A DNA stretch of 62,390 bases, the filler included, from Rhabdomonas costata (Eukaryota), in NCBI GenBank assembly GCA_019059605.1. It is 33 parts of 33 records of this genome, joined end to end, with 100 filler letters (N's around TTAATTAATTAA, not from the genome) between each part and the next. Parts side by side here need not be neighbours in the genome. Positions count along the whole stretch, not along the records: positions 58,707 to 60,498 come from JAHMHO010008977.1; positions 60,599 to 62,390 come from JAHMHO010008978.1; 31 more parts are not named here. One strand, written 5' to 3'. The position numbers were made by a program, and so were the translations under genes. Below the pieces are notes generated by a model. It saw only the letters and a list, made by a program, of their open reading frames with translations, searched no databases and had not been told where the DNA came from. Positions 59,293-62,390 of the stretch are shown piece after piece (within the stretch, counting starts at the first letter, position 1; each line of letters starts with the position of its first letter).

Positions 59293-59989
59293 CTCCGGTT
59301 GCTTGTCCAGCAGAACGTCGGCCACAGCGGCTCCGCTGTGGTGAGGAGCTCCCCCACAGTCTGAACATCCCGTAGAGAAAAGGGGTTCAGCACGCTGCCC
59401 CACACCGTCAGGAGAGAGCTCATACTGAGCGAGGTGGGGTCAAAGTTGAAGGTGTACGACTGGTGGGGCTTGGCGCGGTAGATCAAGTAAACCCTCCATA
59501 GCGGCGTGGTGCGATAGTACTGCTGGCTGGTGGGGTCGCACTTCAACGGCTGTTCCCGGGCAATGGTCCACTGCTGAATGAGGTCGCGGTTCCACTGTTC
59601 GGCAGCCATGGCGACCTGGTGGGTGCTGCCGAGTGCAAATGAGAGTGAAAAGGCGAGCAGCTGCTTCAAGTGATGCAATACTGGATTACTGTGCAAGAGA
59701 GGAAAAGAGAAAGACAAGGAGAGAGAGAGCTGATCGAACCAATACTCACACTGAATTGTCTTCTGCGTTTCCTGAAAACGGTTCTTTTTTAAGGCAGTGA
59801 CTTCATCACAAAGGTGCGCCAGGCGAAGGAGACCGCTGCTGTCAAACACCCCCCTTTCGAAAGAGAAATGGAGAAATGGAAAGCAACCATACCTACAGAG
59901 ACGAACTCACAAACTCACAAATTCACAAACCGGTACGCAGTGGTTGAGATGATGTCGTACTGCTTCGGGCTGTACTGCATGTAGAGCGG
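59293..59989 (-). CDS. Putative Patched/Dispatched-like (RND) luminal loop, partial, 2 exons
   Basis: Exons 59989-59937 and 59625-59293 are in phase: PLYMQYSPKQYDIISTTA|THQVAMAAEQW...PLWRVYLIYRAK...GSVLNPFSLRDVQTVGELLTTAEPLWPTFCW. The exon structure is solid. The family call rests on a weak motif resemblance. Confidence 0.5.
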
Positions 59990-60602
59990 CTGTTGAAAGG
60001 CAAACAGGGGAGGGCGGGGCACCCTGATGCCGCCCAGCAGTCACAGTCAGAGAAACAGAAAAACCGAAAAATTGCGACGGCGCATCTGTTGGATCGGTCC
60101 GCATTGAAGATATTCATTCCAATGTTCAACAGAATGATAAATCCGTTCACTGGACATAGGCGCCGGTGCGATGAAAATCCTGCCTACTCCAGGACTTCAA
60201 ATGCCCCACCACTGCCCGGGCGCTGCTCGGGGTACGGATCACCCCTCTATTGCTGGGAGGGGGTTTTTGGGAAACCTCAATGGCGCATTGCACCGCAGTT
60301 CTACGTAGCTCCAACCCTCTGCGCTCGCCAAGTCTGCTCATGGCTCGGTGGCCTCTCTTCGGATTTTTGTTGGCCTGGGACCCTCATGTCATCTTCTTCT
60401 TATCACGGACAGCCCAAAAGTCAACCGTGGCGCACCCCCCCCCCCCCCGCACAAACAAAGAAAGAAAAAATGTCAAATACAATCCCAGCGAAAAAAAANN
60501 NNNNNNNNNNNNNNNNNNNNNNNNNNNNNNNNNNNNNNNNNNTTAATTAATTAANNNNNNNNNNNNNNNNNNNNNNNNNNNNNNNNNNNNNNNNNNNNGT
60601 GT

Positions 60603-60728
60603 GTGAACATCGAACATCGAACTTTCCGTACCTCAGCTTCACGTGCCAAGTACACCCCGACCAGGGCGAAGGGGTTGCGACAAAGCACGTGAAGCTGAGG
60701 TACGGAAAGTTCGATGTTCGATGTTCAC
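60603..60728. repeat. 44-bp perfect inverted repeat with a 38-nt spacer
   Basis: GTGAACATCGAACATCGAACTTTCCGTACCTCAGCTTCACGTGC (60603-60646) and its exact reverse complement (60685-60728). Confidence 0.93.
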
Positions 60729-62390
60729 TCACTCACTCACTCACACTCGCTCTCTAAACAAGAGGGCTGAAGCCTGAGGTATCCGCGACTTTTGCCAAGG
60801 TGAAGAAGCCATCCGGTGGTGGATTTGCACGCCGGGATGAAATTATGCCCAAGTTGGGACGTACGGTCTTTCCTGAGTTCTGTATCTCGCTCCCGTCTCT
60901 CTTCTCATCTCCAGTTTCATCTTGCCACCCCCTCCCCCTCAGAGATGCACAGAGACACACACAGACTTAGCACCACTGCGTGCTCGCAAAACACGTTTTC
61001 GGTAATGTTCGCAGTTTGAATGGAAGTAAAGCGATGCGGCACCTGGCACCTGGAAACACCAACACCTAAACAGGATGCATTAGAAACCCAAGAAAGCATC
61101 TTACAACTTTTTAAAAAATGCCGATCTTTTTGCAGTCCGACCTAAAGTGACAATTTTTATACATTTCTAACGAATTTTATTGCAAAAACCGCCATATTTG
61201 CCACCATTTTGCGACAGATTTAACCTCAAGCTTGGTCTCCTCAGATCCCGTATACTTGCCATCGTTTTAAGCAGATGATTATGATTGATTATGTGTGCGA
61301 TACCGCGCGCGATACCCCGTGCGAATTCCGTTCGCACCAGTTTCAAAGAAACGGCTTGTATCCTGTTGGACCGTGGAAAATAGGTCTGACAGATGCAGGT
61401 TGTGTGACATCTCATGTTCATTGAATTGGTAACTGTAAAACACTCGAAAACCCAAGAATTCCCCGTTTTGAGTTTACGCTGCAACATAGTTTGCGAGGGG
61501 GAAAAGGGTGACCTGCATTGCGGCGAGAAGAAAGGAACCAGTTTATTGGAACCCCCAAAACGCCGCACATGTGCATTTTTCGTCGTACTTTTCACTGTAG
61601 CCCCTAGCTGAATCCTTTTGCTCGATAGCGGAGCAGTGCTCAGTTCTTCAAAGATGTGGCGCGTTGTTTCCACCGGAAATTCTTTTGAAGCAAATATAAT
61701 TGGAAAGCAACACGGCACAGGTTTGTTGAAATGGCGCGGGGACATTGACACACGCACTCTTCAAGTGCGCTTTTACAGCACATTCCATCTCCATCTGTAA
61801 TTCATACTGAGCACGGACCGGTCAGTGACACACATTCCAGCAACAGTGCAAGCCACCACGTCGCCGAGATGAAGAGCGTGGGCGAGCGAGAGGAAGAGAT
61901 GCTTAATCTCTTCAACCTCGAGCAAAACAGACAAGAGTCAACCACCGCACACACATCCTCACAGTGCAAAAGAAGGCGCGCCTTCGCTTCATTACTCGAA
62001 CTCACTTCTCTGTCCCTCCACCTCCTGTCCCTGTCCACCGCTGAAATGATTAAGATCCCTCGACCTCTAACCCGACTGGTTGGTTATGCTGAGGCCCACG
62101 CCCCCAGCGATAGGTCACTGCGTTGCCTGTACCCTGGCCCCGCGGGCCCTGGGGGGACCTCCACAGGCCGCCACAGCAGCCTCCGCAGCCCGAGACAGGA
62201 TGCCCCGACATTCTCCAAAGAGTCTTCATGGAGAACCACCACCGATGGAACGGAGTTAGAGTGAGGCTGCTCGGCCTTCTCCATCGGCACCAGGGGCAGG
62301 AACAGCAACCACACTGCACAGCCCAGGAACTGAGCGTCGCGGTGGCCAAGAATATCACACTGTAACCGGAGTTGTCGATGATCCTGAATC

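Noticed and set aside
1794..60598. Regularly spaced identical TTAATTAATTAA units resembling a CRISPR-like or regulatory array
   Set aside because: They are embedded in fixed N runs. This is a synthetic six-frame stop linker.
1..62390. tRNA, rRNA, spliced-leader RNA or CRISPR loci
   Set aside because: None recognisable by eye. An Infernal or tRNAscan run would be needed to exclude divergent ones.

Overview
This window is not a contiguous locus. It is 33 unrelated contigs of about 1.79 kb, joined by 32 artificial 100-nt spacers (N44-TTAATTAATTAA-N44), so adjacency between contigs means nothing. The DNA comes from an intron-rich flagellate eukaryote. TTAGGG repeats, polypyrimidine-AG sites just upstream of start codons, several receptor-cyclase-like fragments and GC-AG introns suggest a euglenid (inference). 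The ORF track is mostly noise because exons are short. By hand-splicing I recovered partial genes for an SRPK kinase, IFT52, a CNNM transporter, an LC8-family dynein light chain, a MORN-repeat protein, an MIF4G (eIF4G-like) protein, disintegrin-like repeats, a class III cyclase, a Cache-like sensor, a probable ORC5, a D/D-domain protein and several unknowns. The most interesting items are: about 18% GC-AG introns with degenerate donors; a frameshifted Merlin/ISXO2 transposase that abuts a host splice donor; a ~205-bp structured element shared by two unrelated genes; an intronless surface protein built from ~130-aa repeats; and a possible non-canonical intron. I found no demonstrable multi-gene novel system, and the assembly format would hide one.
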